A DNA stretch of 64,000 nucleotides from the human T2T-CHM13v2.0 reference genome, Homo sapiens, in assembly GCA_009914755.4 (NCBI GenBank), contig CP068257.2:2144001-2208000 (forward strand), read 5' to 3'. The notes under the pieces are model-generated. The model did not search any database. It worked only from the letters and a program-made list of their open reading frames with translations, and had not been told where the DNA came from. Of this stretch, positions 1 to 20,195 are shown piece after piece. Made by a program: the position numbers and the translations under genes. Position 1 is the stretch's first letter. Each line of letters starts with the position of its first letter.

Positions 1-1163
1 CCTACTACAAATTAACTGTGTCATTTGGAAGTGTCAAAATTATCTCATTAATGATCAGATAGGCTTTTGGCTCATTGTAATGAGATGTTCCTATAAACCT
101 AATTTGAAAGACAAAGACAGAGTTTGGAGTCTTTAATTCTTGGTAAAAATCAGTAGCTCTATTTAGGGCTATATTTGCAAAATACTATTTCAACTCAAGC
201 ATATTTTTATTTACAAGGCACTTCACAAATGTTGACCACAAAGATGTTTCTACCTAGCAGAAATAATTATAGTTACATATAGTTGTCTAGGAATATCTTA
301 AACATGGGGTATTAAAATAACTTTCAAGAACAAGAAGAAATGTTACACCAGGCATTTTTGCAACTAGTGCTCTATTTCAGTGCAATATTTGTGGCAATTA
401 AAAAACATAAATGGCTTGGATATATAGCTAAGTTATCAAAGGAAAAATATGCAAAGGCATGATTATTTTATAAATGTGCCACATATGTGACTTGAGGTAC
501 AAATCCTCTAAGTTTAAAATTGTCTTTTTAAAAAAGAAATCAAAACAGACAAGTGGGCAATGAGTTATGGATACTATTATAGGGTACCCTGATAAACTAG
601 TAAGAAGACGACTTTTGGTACTGAAAATTCCAATTAACCACATGCCCCCATTAAGGCCATGATCACTGCCAATTTTTACTCACAAAGGCTGGAGCTAGAG
701 TTATATGGAATTCCATATGTATCTAAACCATAGATTTATCAATTATCACTTAAATACAACTTGGAAGACACTATCCAGAATTTGTAGGGCTTGGCCTTAT
801 TCTAGAGAAACATACACTGGAATAGGCAGTTGGATTTTAAATTCAGTCTTAAATCTGTTGAAAATAATGCATTTTTTTCTCAGAGATGAGATATTGTTCA
901 ACTCTTTTGACTTATTTTAGATTTGATAATATACAGTTCAAACACCATGGAGATTTACTAATCTGAATGAACACACACCAAATTTGTCTTTGCTCCAGTC
1001 TCGAAATCTGAGATTAATTCTAGCTGCTGAAGAAATTTTCCAGTGTTAGGAGTATGCTTCAATGCTGGTGACCGGTACTACTTTCTGGTAAACTATAGAT
1101 GACATGTGTGCTTTCATTGCCTAAACTCACTTTGTAGAACACCATTAAATGAAAATCATCACC

Positions 1164-1462
<299 letters not shown>

Positions 1463-1475
1463 TCAGTGACTCTTT

Positions 1476-1537
1476 GTTTTTCATGCTGATAAACTATTAC
1501 GAAGAAAAAGAAAATTTTCATGCTGATAAACTATTAC
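1476..1537. repeat. Local tandem duplication of about 25 bp (tttttcatgctgataaactattac x2)
   Basis: Two near-identical copies at 1476-1500 and 1513-1537, separated by gaagaaaaagaa. Confidence 0.7.
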
Positions 1538-1627
1538 ACAGAAAAAGAAATGTATCCATTATGGACAATTAAAAGGGCTATACAATCTCTCTCATTGTAT
1601 GATTCTAGTTTTCTTTATTTTTCTTTT

Positions 1628-1945
<318 letters not shown>

Positions 1946-3544
1946 TAACACAATTCTTATTACTTCTGTTTCAATTTTACAAAGCCATAGGTTTTTAATC
2001 TGGGAAACCTTTGAGAAAACATCCAGATAAATTTATAAATAGAAAAATAAATTCAGACAAATATAATTAAGTTTATGATCTAACAAGTGGGTGGCAACCG
2101 AAAACTTTCCAAGTTCCATAAACTGAAGTGAAAGGATCACTTTCCTGAAAATATTACAAAGGCTTGATAATTACCTGGATTGTACTAAAACCTACACAAT
2201 CTAGTATATTCTATAGCAGCAATTCATAAAGACAGCTTCACTTACCATGTAGAATTTATACATACATTAAATTTAAGGAATGCGTTACTTGTTATTGGAG
2301 TAGGATAATAAACTCCCAGCAGAACTGATTTTCATGAATGCCTATTAAACTATCATTGATGTAGAAATTAAACAATATATTAAGCTATTCAGACCCAGAT
2401 TGTGAGAGACAGAGAAAAACTTCAAAAAAGTTCAGCTACCAAATCCCTTCCTCAATAGCTCTTTGAGTCTCAAGACAGTTTCAACCACACACATCCTCAG
2501 AGTCTTATGGTCCAAACAACATTTGACTGCAGCTCTAAAGTAAGCAAACATTTGAAAAGAAACTCAAAGATCTATACCTGTAGTTATGGTCAAGGAGGTC
2601 CACCTACTGGTGGGTGAGCATGGCAAGGATAGGGACTAAGCCAAATGATGGGTTTACCAAAACAGAAACAAGAGAAGTCATTGGAAGCACAGTCCAGGTT
2701 ATAACAGGAGCCCAGGCACTTGATGTGGGAACCCTATTTGTCTCATTCAGCACCTAGAGTTTTAACGTCCTATGAGGCACAGCTAATGCCCTTCATTATT
2801 TTTTTGTAATTGACTGCATAGTTTAGAACTATGCCTTGAATTTAATATCTATCTGTTGAATAAATGAATTAATAATGATGAAAATCTGTCCACAGGTTAT
2901 GTGCAGTACTGAAGAGCAACTTCAGCTATTGAGGTATCTATCAGAAGTCTTACTCTCCAAAAAGCCTCTGGTTAGTTACTGATATACGTTGCTGATAATT
3001 TCACTCTCACAATGTAGGGGAAGCAGGAATGTTATCTGGCCTCTTGGCTCCTCTTCCTTTGCCTTCCACAGATCTCTCTGCTGGTTCACAGAGGAACACT
3101 TTCGTGGCTCTCAGTTCATTTTGCAATTCTGCTAGAATCTCATTCCATCCTCAGTTGTAACTACCTTGTCCTTCACCCAACGCTTATTTACGGAGGGACA
3201 GATAGCAAGAAGAAATCGCACTCTGGATTACAAAGTGGGAAGACGCACCCCTTGGCCAGAATGCCTGCCTCCTATGTTCATGAAGGATATTTCTAATTGA
3301 TCTCGGCACTCTTTTCCATTGAGCCCATGTCCCAAATTGGCCGTGAGTTAGGGAGAGGGCTCTAGAGTGGGAAAGGTGTACCCAAAACTTCCCTAATCTG
3401 ACTATCAAGCCTAAAAAATTAAACTTTCAATTCAACATCCCTTGTTTCTCCAACTTGGAGTGCCTGATGGTGTGGGAAGCCCCTACTCATAAAAATTCAT
3501 AGTTGAAGATTGTTGGTAATTTTGCCCAACCTCCTTCTTTTCTT

Positions 3545-3992
3545 TTTATTCTACTTTAAGTTCTAGGGTACATGTGCACAACGTGCAGGTTCATTACATA
3601 TGTATACATGTGACATGTTGGTGTGTTGCACCCATTAACTCGTCATTTACATTAGGTATATCCCCTAATGCTTTTCCTCCCCTAGCCCGTCACCCCACAA
3701 CAGGTCCCGGTGTGTGATGTTCCCCTTCCTGTGTCCATGTGTACTCATTGTTTAATTCCCACCTATGAGTGAGAACATGTGGTGTTTGTTTTTTTGTCCT
3801 TGTGATAGTTTGCTGAGAATGATGGTTTCCAGCTTCATCCTTGTCCCTACAAAGGACATGAACTCATCATTTTTATGGCTGCATAGTATTCCATGGTGTA
3901 TATGTGCCACATTTTCTTAATCCAGTCTATCATTGTTGGACATTTGGGTTGGTTCCAAGTCTTTGCTATTGTCAGTAGTGCCTCAATAAACT
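3545..3992 (-). mobile_element. L1 3'-end fragment (3'UTR plus ORF2 C-terminus), minus orientation
   Basis: Reverse complement of the L1PA 3' end: ctttaagttctagggtacatgtgcacaacgtgcaggtt ... ttcccacctatgagtgagaacatgtggtgttt ... ccatggtgtatatgtgccacattttcttaatccagtctatcattgttggacatttgggttggttccaagtctttgctattg. Confidence 0.85.
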
Positions 3993-6364
3993 CCTTCTTT
4001 CTTTGCCTAGTTACACCTCAATGCAACCTGCTGGCAGGCCAGCCTTAAGCCCAGCAGTCCAACCATGCATCTAAGCTGAGTTCTCATCAGAGCCAACTTC
4101 AATTATAAACAACTGAGATGATGCCAGAGGCCAGAATCCCTGAGAACCCAATTTGCTGTCATCACCACAGCTGAAACAAGGCGCTTGGCATCTAGAAAAG
4201 CTGATCTGTAGGAAATTTCCAATAGAGTTCAAGTTTTTCTAAGTTTAAAGTGTACAATATCATCAAGGTGAGACACTCAAGATAAAACTAGGCTTGTGTT
4301 TAAATATAATAAAAATATTTGAAGAATAGTAAGAGTGGTGACTACTTTTACACAGGAATGTTTCAAATAAATTGTTTTTTTCTTGTGCCTTTTAAATTTT
4401 GTGATTTGTCAATGAGATGCTGACATGTTTTTAATGAAGCATGCCTTGTAAAATAATAAGTGAATGAAAACTACACAGTAATATTTACATCAACAAAGCT
4501 AGAAGAAGACTGTATGTCTCAAGAGGCTCCATCATCTACCCAGTGGCCACTTCACCAAATTAAGATCCAAATACCAAAAAGAAAAGTAATTAAAATTTGT
4601 GTTGTATGCCTTATAAGACCAAACCTATAAAATGAGGGGAAACTTCACAATTACTTGTAATTTGCTCTGTGGAATTGTAACAGATGGATTATAAAGATGA
4701 TTCCATGATAAACATGTAAATGTGGTTACTACCTTCTGTGCTTTCTTGGTTCATATTTTTATTGTTTTTTTCTTTATAAACAGATAATTCATTCTTATCT
4801 ATGGCAATGCAAACTTTTCAGATGTATTGAATATGTCATAGTGTTTTTCTATTGTAGGCATCTCTAAAAAAGTTATAGAAAACAAACAGAGAAAAGTCTG
4901 GTGTTGGAAAGGAGAGAGAAATAAAGCTTGTAAAGGAATGAAGATTAGAGCTTTCTGGAGATAAAAATTCTTAGAAGATACAAAAGCTAGTTACTGAATT
5001 AGATGAAGGTTCTTTTTCAGTTTTTCCCAGTTGTTCACCTCTTAGAAGGCACATATTCACAGCAGAAAAGAAAAATGTGTTAAAAAGAAAATACCTCGGT
5101 GTAGTGAGACTGTAATTTCATGAGGGCATTACTGAAGACTCACTTTTTCCAGCATCACTCAGCATGGTATTATGCATGTGTGTAATGTAAAGGAAAGTGA
5201 ATACGCATTCTTGGATGGGTGATCAAATCGTAATTCCAGAATATAATCAGAAGCTGATTCATTATCCTCTTGAGATTTCACAATCTTTTCATCAGGAATT
5301 AAAATTCAGAAGAGGGTAAATGTATCTAATCAGTTGAAAGTTAAAAATTAGAGGATGGAGGCAACATGGCCGAATAGGAACAGCTCCAGTCTACAGCTGC
5401 CAACGTGAGTGATGCAGAAGACAGGTGATATCTGCATTTCCAACTGAGGTACCAGGTTCATCTCACTGGGGAATGCTGGACAGTGGGTGCAGCGCACCAT
5501 GCATGAGCCAAAGCAGGGAAAGGCATCACCTCACCTGGGAAGCAGAATGGGTCAGAGAATTCCCTTTCCTAGTCAAAGAAAGGGGTGACAGATGGCACCT
5601 GGAAAATCAGGTCACTCCCACCCTAATACTGCGCTTTTCCAACAGGCTTATCAAATGGCACACCAGGAGATTGTATCCAGCACCTGGCTTGGAGGATCCT
5701 ACACCCACGGAGCCTCGCTGTTTGCTAGCACAGCAGTCTGAGATCAAACTGCAAGGTTACAGTGGGGCTGGGGGAGGGGCGCCCGCCATTGCTCAGGCTT
5801 GAGTAAGTAAACAAAGCAGCCAGGAAGTTCGAACTGGGTGGAGCCTAACACAGCTCAAGGAGGCCAGCCTGCCTCTGTAGGCTCCACCTCTGGGGGCAGG
5901 ACACAGACAAACAAAAGACAGCAATACCCTCTGCAGACTTAAATATCCCTGTCTGACAGCTTTGAAGAGAGTAGTGGTTCTCCCAGCATGCAGCTTGAGA
6001 TCTGAGAACGGGCAGACAGCCTCCTCATGTGGGTTCCTGAACCCTGAGTAGCCTAACTGGGAGGCACCCCCCAGTAGAGGCAGACTGACATCTCACATGC
6101 CCGGGTACCCCTCTGAGTCAAAACTTCCAGAGGAACGATCAGGCAGCAGCATTTGCAGTTCACCAATATCCACTGTTCTGCAGCCACCGCTGCTGATACC
6201 CAGGCAAATAGTGTCTGGAGTAGACCTCCAGTAAACTCCAACAGACCTGCAGCTGAGGGCCCTGACTGTTAGAAGGAAAACTAACAAACAGAAAGGACAT
6301 CCACACCAAAACCCCATCTGTATGTCACCATCATCAAGGACCAAAGGAAGATAAAACCACAAAG

Positions 6365-7378
6365 ATGGGAAAAAACAGAGTAGAAAACCTGGAAACTCTA
6401 AAAATCAGAGTACCTCTCCTCCTGCAAAGGAATGCAGCTCCTCACCAGCAATGGAACAAAGCTGGACGGAGTATGACTTTGACGAGTTGAGAGAGAAAGG
6501 CTTCAGAAGATCAAAGTACTCCGAGCTAAAGGAGGAAGTTCGAACCAGTGGCAAAGAAGTTAAAAACTTTGAAAAAAAATTAGACGAATGGATAACTAGA
6601 ATAACAAATGCAGAGAAGTCCTTAAAGGACCTGATGGAGCTGAAAACCATGGCACAAGAACTACATGACAAATGCATAAGCCTCAGTAACCGATGTGATC
6701 AACTGGAAGAAAGAGTATCAGCGATGGAAAACGAAATGAATGAAATAAAGCATGAAGAGAAGTTTAGAGGAAAAGGAATAGAAGAAATGAACAAAGCCTC
6801 CAAGAAATATGGGACTATGTGAAAAGACCAAATGTATGTCTAATTGGTGTACCTGAAAGTGACGGGGAGAATGGAACCAAGTTGGAAAACACTCTGCAGG
6901 ATATTATCCAGGAGAACTTCCCCAATCTAGTAAGGCAGGCCAACATACAAATTCAGGAAATACAGAGAATGCCACAAAGATACTCCTCGAGAAGAACAAC
7001 TCCAAGACACATAATTGTCAGATTCACCAAAGTTGAAATGAATGAAAAAATTTTAAAGGCTGCCAAGAGAAAGGTCAGGTTACCCACAAAAGGAAGCCCA
7101 TCAGACAATCTGCTGATCTCTCCTCAGAAACTCTACAAGCCAGAAGAGAGTGGGGGCCAATATTCAACATTCTTAAAGAAAAGAATTTTCAACCCAGAAT
7201 TTCATATTCAGCTAAACTAGGCTTCATAAGTGAAGGAGAAATAATATACTCCACAGACAAGCAAATGCTGAGAGATTTTGTCATCACCAGGCCTGCCCTA
7301 AAAGAGCTCCTGAAGGAAGCACTAAACATGGAAAGGAACAACTGGTACCAGCCACTGCAAAAACATGCCAAATTGTAA
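6365..7378 (+). pseudogene. L1 ORF1 remnant (frameshifted)
   Basis: ATG at 6365 (atgggaaaaaacagag...). The ORF1p-like translation is split between track ORFs 6451..6822 and 6819..7220 in different frames. Terminal ...KHAKL* at 7376-7378. Confidence 0.8.
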
Positions 7379-7441
7379 AGACCATCAAGGCTAGGAAGAA
7401 ACTGCATCAACTAACGAGGAAAATAACCAGCTAACATCATA

Positions 7442-11263
<3,822 letters not shown>

Positions 11264-12624
11264 ACAATGAGAAAACATGGATGCAGGAAGGGGAACATCA
11301 CACACTGGGGACAGTTGTGGGGTGGGGGAAGGGGGGAAGGATAGCATTAGGAGATATACCTAATGTTAAATGACGAGTTAATGGGTACAGCACACCAACA
11401 TGGCCCATGTATACATATCTAACAAACCTGCACGTTGTGCACATGTACCCTAAAACTTAAAATATAATAATAAAAAAAATTAACAGGAGACTTTTATACA
11501 GATAAATTTGCTTTGCATCATGATCAGCACTAAAGAGCATCATAGATTTAAACCATATTTTCACAGTTAAAACAATGTAACCAAATATGCAATATATTAT
11601 GTAACATTCTACAAGATGTTTTCAAACATGCAAACTGACCTTTAAAACAATTTTGCATAAAATAACATTTCTAGGTAAGAGAAAATACAGACATGTGGTT
11701 AGGGCAAAATATTTCTGTTCAAATTACAAAATACTGAATGACAAATCACAGGATAGAAAAGAATTATATTGTACCTGGAATTTGAAGTCTTCAAATTTAT
11801 TTAGGTATATGTATCTATATGTATTAATAGAGACATATTTAACTGATTATAAGTTTAGAACATTTATATTTTAAAGATGTCATTCTTTAAAAATTATTAA
11901 TATCTACAGGATTGATACAGATATTTTAATTTTAAACAAATATTTTTCACTAATGTGACCAGCATTTATGTCCTATTTCATTAAACAGACATTTCAAGAT
12001 TTTTTAGAGTTAATTTTTAAAAATTAAGTATCACAAATATTTCTGAAGTACTACCTTAAAAAATAAAACTCTTTCCTAGCTTTTCATATAGTTAAACATT
12101 TTCATAATGACTAAAAAGATAAAAATAAATTAGCAACCATAATTAAATTAGAATTCTACTTTTTATATCAGATGAAATACTACATAAAATGTCCAGAAAA
12201 TCTAGTGTTAATGAGGCTGTGCAGCCTGGACATTTGATGTCTCATCTGTGGGAATGTGAACTAACCCAACCATTCTGAATAATTATTGACTCTGTGTGTT
12301 AACAGTCTAGAGTCCTGAAACAAGGATCTTAATTCTAAAATAAAATCCTATTCTAAGAATATACCAAGGGTTGATAATCAAGGAAGTTTCAAAGTTATAG
12401 AGAAGAACCTTCATCCTAGCATTATATATGTAATCATCCATATAAACCACATAGTGTTGAATGAAATTACAGAAAAACAAAGAGCCTACAGAATATGTTT
12501 CTCTTTGTGTACAACAGTAAATGTACACATCTATCCATGTAAAATTTTACATCTCAGGAAGATAGGTACCAACATGTTAACATGCTATATCTATAAGATA
12601 AGAAATTTTACTTTCCTACAATTT

Positions 12625-12760
12625 CATACACACACACACACACACTCTCAAACATACATACCCACACACCGAGGATATATACACACACAAATATATATAT
12701 AAACATACATGTTTATATAGGTACACACACACATACATATACACAGATGGTCAACAAATT
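12625..12760. repeat. Compound (CA)n/(TA)n-rich low-complexity tract
   Basis: cacacacacacacacac at 12626-12646, followed by acacac/atatat runs through about 12760. Confidence 0.7.
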
Positions 12761-13190
12761 ATAATGGTTCAATTTATGATTTATTTACTTTATGATGAAG
12801 CAAAAGTGATAGCTTTGAATAGAATATAACCATTCTGCTTTTCACTTTCAGTACAATATTCAACAAATTACATAAAATATCCAAAACTTTATTATAAAGT
12901 GGGTTTTGTATTCAATGATTTTGCCCAATTGTCAGCTGATGTAAGTGTTCTGAGCACATTAAAGGTATGCCAGGCTAAGCTGTGATATTCAGTAAGTTAG
13001 GTATTAAATACATTTTTAACTTACTGTATTTTCAATTTATAATCAGCTTATCAAGACTTAACCCCATTGTACATTGAAAAGCATTTGTATTGCATTAAAC
13101 ATGTTATATATATTTTTAATTGAAATTACTAGCAACTTTTGAAAAAATGTAATGAAATAATGTGCTTTGCTATTGGTTAAAATGTTTTTG

Positions 13191-13486
<296 letters not shown>

Positions 13487-16400
13487 AAGGAAAGAAAAGA
13501 AAAAAAGTTTTCAGCTTCAAGTAACAGAATAGTCAACTAATTAAAGAAAAAAACAAGGAGCAACTTTTACCAAATCGCACAACAAATAGATGGTATCAAT
13601 GCTTACTTAATTCAACATGATCCACTTCGTGATTCTCTTATCTTTCTACCTATGTTTTCAAGATGGCTATGGCATTCCCAGCCTTACAACTTCATGTGAC
13701 AAAATCCAATGGCAGGAAATAATAAGTGACGGCATTTTGGAACTTTAAGGAAAAACTTTAAGGATTGGAAAACAGGGATGCCATATGTCCAGTAACATGG
13801 GATAGCCGTTCCTAATTAAGGATTGCTGTATGTCCTGAATGACTTTCTAATGTAATGAAGGTGAATAACCTGCTTTGTTTAATTATACAATCCCAAATGT
13901 AACTGCCTAAGTGCCAAGTACTTTTGCATGGTTTTAATATGCCATGAATTTTGCAAGAATGAAACTACTATGTATATGAGAAAAGATGGTAGATTTTTTC
14001 ATTTAGATACTCATTTCAGAGTCTCAATAGGAAAAACAGAACACACTCAAACTAAGATAATTTAACATGGGTTTATTTCCAAAGAGACTACTTACGAAAA
14101 TGTCAGGGGAGAAGGGTGAAGGAATCACAGAAATCCCACCCCACAATAACTCTGGGTTAGTAGCAGCAGGCAGAGTTCTGGGGAGTAAACTTCCCTGATC
14201 ATGCAAGGAAACACTAATTTTCTTATGAAAAAGATTGGTCAAGGAGACCTAGCAGAGAGGGAGTTTAGGCAATAACCCCCAATCCCATTTCCTCCTTCCC
14301 TTTAATCTCATGAACATGCATAGAAGGCAATGAGCAAGGGAACCGATTGAGATATTCAATATGGACCATTCCACTTGGACAAAAGCCAGTAAATAGGGGA
14401 GTATAACAGGGGACAAGGGCCAAACAGAAAGTGTCTATTACATTTACCAATGCAGATCAATCATGTCAAAAACAGAAATGGCAGTTTTGGCATTTGGTTA
14501 TTCAATGAAACTATATTTGTAGCTTTTTATTTACAATGTTTCAAGGTATGGGCGAAGATATGAAAATTTCATTATGTTCTATTTTATTTGATATGTAAAT
14601 GTTCTGGCACAATTATATACATTTTGGATCATATATTGACAGTAAATTATTTCTCCTTTGTTAGCTTCAGCATAACATTAATATTTTCAACAACTTGAAT
14701 GCATACATTGTGTTCTCACTAATAGTTTAGAATAGTGAAGGGGTCTTTGAAGAATTTCTTATGAAGTAGAGGCATTGGGTCAGACAGAGCCGAAAACCAT
14801 TGGCTTAGATTAATCACTATTTATCCTAGGGCTGAAGAGGGCCAATTGAAGACACAAATGTCCAATCCCTTTATGACCTTGGAGTTCTATGAACCAGAGA
14901 AATAGAGACTGGTTCTTAAGGAGGTAATAAGTGTGCCTTCTATGGTTTATAATAATATGCATTGTCTTAACAATCGAATACTTAAAAGTTAATGCCCTCA
15001 TAATATGCAAAATTTTTAATAAGCACATTGGTCCCTGTGTTCAAGTAGTTGGTAATCAAATTAGCGAAGTATGGTAAGTCTTTTGAAGAGCATTAAACAG
15101 CAGAGAATGTAAGAAATTTGTCTCTATAATAGTGTGGGCCTTCTGTGTTTCCTAAGGGCACATTCATATGATCTAATAATTGAGCAGAGAGAAGCCTAAA
15201 GGATAGTTTTTGGTTTCATTTGTTTGTTTTTCCAATTAACATACATTTCTAGATTAAAGGTCAACTATCTTTTCCTTGGGAGTCAACTATAGGAGAAGAT
15301 AGTGAAGAGGCAAGGAAAATTACAGCAGCTCAACAGCTTTACCCTGGAAATATCTGTATTGTGTACCGCTATAGCCTACCTTTATCAGTCAGATAACAAT
15401 GTCAAAGAGGCAAGCTTGGCACCATTGCTCTTAGTGAATCCCTGCTGCCAACCTTTTATCCTAAGTGCTCTCCAAAGACCCATTTAATGGACCTTCCTGA
15501 AATTGTGCTCAGGATCAATATGAGGCTCATTGATACAGCATTTTTGGAACTCACCATTTGCTTATTTATTAAACCTGGGATAGTTGCCCGACTTCTATCA
15601 TCTGAAATCCTCTCCATGACTTTCAAAGTTACCAACATTGGTTCCAACATCATTCCTAGAAAACATTTCAGTGGAGTATATTTATCTGACATTTGACTGT
15701 ATTTATAGCAGTAAGAATCTATGATGATTCCTCCCAAAATAATCCCACAATTACACATTTTGGGTCACCCTGAGGGTCTTATCCTTAATATCAGAGATCT
15801 GTTCTATACATTTGAGTCTTAGAAATAATTACTAGCTTCTCTCTGAATTTAACTGAGGTTCCTTACTTTTATTCAGCCTGTTACCTAAATTACATAATGT
15901 ATTGAAGGCTATAAACTGTCCAAATTTCTGATTACATTGAGTTAAAAATGGGAATATGACTTTCTTTTTCTAACTTGGCAAAGATTATGTTTTTTTCATG
16001 AAGAAATATAGGCATATTTAAACACTCAGGATCTGAGAATTTGAAATACATGAAACTTAGCAAGTGGTCTTTAAGTAGTTTTCATTTCCAAATTATAGTA
16101 CATACCATTGAATGCTACAGAAGGAAAGACAATGAGGGATTACTCATAAACATTGCCTTTATGATATCCTTCCAAAGAAAACCAAGTGTCCCTGTGCTTG
16201 GACTCATAAAGCAGAAATGCTTACCTTGCTTTTATGTCACTAACAAACAATTGTGCCTAGTCATTTAATTCTAACGCATTTAAGCCATCTAGAGAGTGGA
16301 GCCCCTAGGGAAAACTACAAATGGAAAATTCATTGATTTTTGATTTTGCTTTCCTATGGATTAAATTTAACACTTTCTTGTAAATCTCTCCCTTTACAGA

Positions 16401-19400
16401 TCATATGTGATAAATAGTTATCCAACTTTCTAGATGTCCACCCAGAGCTGCTTCCATATGAAGAGGTGGAAACGGATTCTGTGCATGATACTGGTTAGGA
16501 TCGGGAACTGTTTTTTTTTAAAGGAGATTTTTAAAATTTGTTTTCCTTGTACACATAGCCTTAATATTGTGTTGCTAACTGCCCTCTGGGAACAAAGTCA
16601 TACCAATCACAAATACATTGCCTAAAGTGGGATGGTTATTACTCTGCTGTGAATTGCACCTCCTATTATGTTTTAAAGATGTTACAAACTTGAGACATTA
16701 CTATGTAGATGACATTCCCAGCAAATCCCCAAACAACACTTAATGAGATTTCAAATACCAGGATCATGAAACAGTAAGAGATATAAGGAAATAAAGAAAA
16801 ACACAGTATATGTGTAGAAGGCATTAAAACACAAATTTTATAATTACGAATGCATATAATAAGGAACAAGTTTTATTCTAAATAGCAATTATATCAGAAC
16901 TACGATACAGGGAATAAAAGTGAATATTAAGCCATTGTACCAACAATAACAGAGCCCCTTTTCTGCTGCGTGATGGAATTTAGTGTTTACTAAGGAAGAA
17001 AAAAATGCAAGATATCTTAAATTTGGTACTTTCCAACAAATTTAAGAAATGTGTACACACTTGAGGAGACTTAAGAAGTCTCTGACTAAAACACTAGAAA
17101 AGAAAAGCAGTGAAAAACCAAATAAGTATTACTCAACAATAACAACATTTGTTACTATTATATTAATATTAAACACACTATTAAGCAACAACATTTCAGT
17201 TACTCACTGAGCCCAAAGTCATTTTTCATGAACCATTCACAACACTGATAACCTATTGAAAAATGATTGAAAACAAAAAAGCTTATTTCTTTCCAAGTCC
17301 TTTTAAAGCCTTCTCATGTGTCATTTCATATAATCCTTATAACAAATCTATGGAGTATATACTGACTTTATCTCTGTACAGAAAAGAAAACTGAATCACA
17401 TTCAGAATAAGTTGCAAAGATCCCCAGATAATCAGTGTCATAGGTGAAATATGATGTCACAGTGTACTCAAGAGTAATTTAGGGAAGCAGTACAAATGAT
17501 GGTTGAAAGCACAGGTTCTGGGGTAAATAGCCTGAAGTCAAAATCTAGTTCATATCCTCAGTGGCTGTGTGATCTTGGGAAATTTCCCTTAACTCTCTGT
17601 GTCTTGATTTTATAGTTTCATCCATTTTTGCCTCTCATATGATCTGGTGAGCGTTACACTAGTTTATGCTTCTAGGACACTGAAAACAGTGCCTGGCTCT
17701 TGATAAATATTAACAATTTTGTTTCATTTTCTTCACCTTGAGTATTTCATGGCCAGATAGAAATCAATGTCAATATGAAAAAATGTTCATAATTCAGCAG
17801 GAAGAAATACAAAACCATATAAACAACTTTGTTTTATTGGCAAGTGTATTTGGAAGCTATGTTAAATTGAGAAGGGGAAGGGAAAGCCTCTAAGGATATC
17901 GATTAATCAATGACTGAAAGCTGATGAGACTTGTCTGGAATTTTTTTTTGGAGACTCTGAGACTTAAAATTTTGACAAAATAAGGAGATGAATTGAGTAG
18001 TGTGGAAGAGACATTTTCTGAAGTCAGCAGAGAAAGGAGAGACAAATATGGTAAGGGGAAAATGGTATGAAGTAATAATATGAATGAAGTGCTTTCTAAA
18101 GTATAACACATGTAAGTTGTGTTAAATGTAAACTATCATGATTATATCATTACTGTCTGACTGATACAACTATATCCACCTCAGTTAGCCACATAAGATC
18201 AATTTTCTTATATCTTAGAGAATACCAGTAACCTCCAGTTCAGAAACAGCATAAATATCTATCCACAGCTGAGCAGACACATAGAGCTAGCTACCAGATG
18301 AAATGGGCTATATCTTCAAATACTATTGTTTTCCATTTTTTAACTGTGGCAAAACACACTCAACAATTTGCATCTTAACCACTGTTAAGTATACAATTCA
18401 GTGTCATTAAATGTATTCACAATGTTGTGCAAGCATCACCACCACCCATCTCCATAATTCTTTTTGTCTTGTAAAATTGAAATCCTGTACCCATTAAAAA
18501 GTGACTCCCCATTCCCCGCCCTCCCAGGGCAACTACAGCTTTACTTTCTGTCTTGATGAATCATACAATATCAAATGGAATTTTTAAGATATTTAAAATC
18601 TTTTGTCTGGAAGCGAAGTGGAAGTTAATATCAATGGCTATGCCTTCAGTGAGTTCTCAGACCACATTGCAATGTAGTTAACTATTTATCTTTTATTACG
18701 TTCTAGACCTATTATTTCTTTCTGGCACAAAAATATCTTCTTTGTAGATTATGGCATTTACCTCTATCTCCACACCTTTCTGCGTCTGTCATCCACAGAT
18801 CATCAGCCTCTTGCTTAGTCTCCATTTAATGACAATTTCTATTTAGTATACAAGAGTCCTTCCCCCCGCAATGCAATTTCTTCACTCTGAAAAGCTCTGA
18901 CTCTGGCTACTGGTCTCTGTTATGTACTCATCCCTAGAGCCATGTCTTCAAATATTTCTCAGAACTTCTTCACATCTAAAAATCTAGGATTAATGTATTG
19001 CTCTCTGATTATATTCTTCTGGTATTTCAAGTATCCTGTATAACTTCTTCATCTGCCCTTGCTTTTCTTATACATCAAGATGTCAAGTTCATGGACTTCC
19101 CAATTAATCATTTTAAAAATTTATTTCAAGCCTTTATGAGTCACTACAATGTACATATGTTCTCAGGAATTATGACCCTACAATTTGTATATGAGAATAG
19201 TTCCTGTGTCAGGCATTATGGACATAAGAGTAAATAAATTCTAGCCCCTGCCTACAAGGAGCTAATTCCCAGCCTAAGACAGATTGTAAGCCAATAATAT
19301 GCAGAGTTGTAAGTCTAAGGAAACTGATTGGGATGTACCTAATTCGAGCTGGGAATATCAGAAGAAAAACTTTTTGAAAGTCATGAGACATGAGCTGTGC

Positions 19401-20195
19401 CTAAAAGAATAAAAATAGAGTGAGAAATAAGAATAAATAAATTAGGGAATGAGATGGGTATAATAGTAGAAAAAGGAAATCTCTTTAGATAAAACAGGGT
19501 ATGAGAGTATATAGGAGGCTTATTAACTCAGTGTGGTTGGAGAAAACAGGTAGAAAGGAGAAATAGGGGAGAAAGTTACAAAGGGAATCAAATGTGTTAG
19601 TAGTTGAGGGAAAAGCAAATATTGAATACGACCCATAGATCTTGGATAAACCAGTGTTTGGTAGTAGCTTACATAAAAGGTTGTGACAAAATAACCAGAG
19701 ATATGTGGAGAAAATAATAACTGAGTGTTATATTTCCTCTCAGTAGAAACCTAAAAAAAAAAATGTAATCACATACTGATCTTTTAACTGACCTCCACTT
19801 ATCTTGCTGCCTGGATTGGTATATATAGTCCTCTGCCTGAAAAATTGCTCAACACTTTTGAAAGGTTGTTTCTCACTGTTACTCCCAGGCATTTCTGCTA
19901 ACACCAGCTGAGTTGTAAGGGGCCCTCCAGGAGGCCTAGGTTGTTCTCCTTATCACATATATTATTTTCATTTATCAATTTACCCAGAACATCTAATGAA
20001 ATATTATGGACACCAATAACATGAATACAAATACAGCTATAGTCCCTAAAAAGTAAATTGATGTCTCTTGAAAGACTGTCATGTCTTAGATGCTAAATTT
20101 GGAGTATGTGTTTCTAATAAATAAATAGCTTGCTTTAATAATTCTGATTTATGAATGTAATATAGGGGAGCAGCTTTTATTTCATCCTTAATCTT

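Noticed and set aside
6053-6362. Antisense ORFs (62 and 89 aa) inside the L1 5'UTR, considered as a possible primate L1 ORF0
   Set aside because: Described ORF0 lies antisense in the upstream third of the 5'UTR, near the antisense promoter. These ORFs sit at the 3' end of the UTR and overlap the ORF1 start. They have no ORF0-like sequence that I can recognise.
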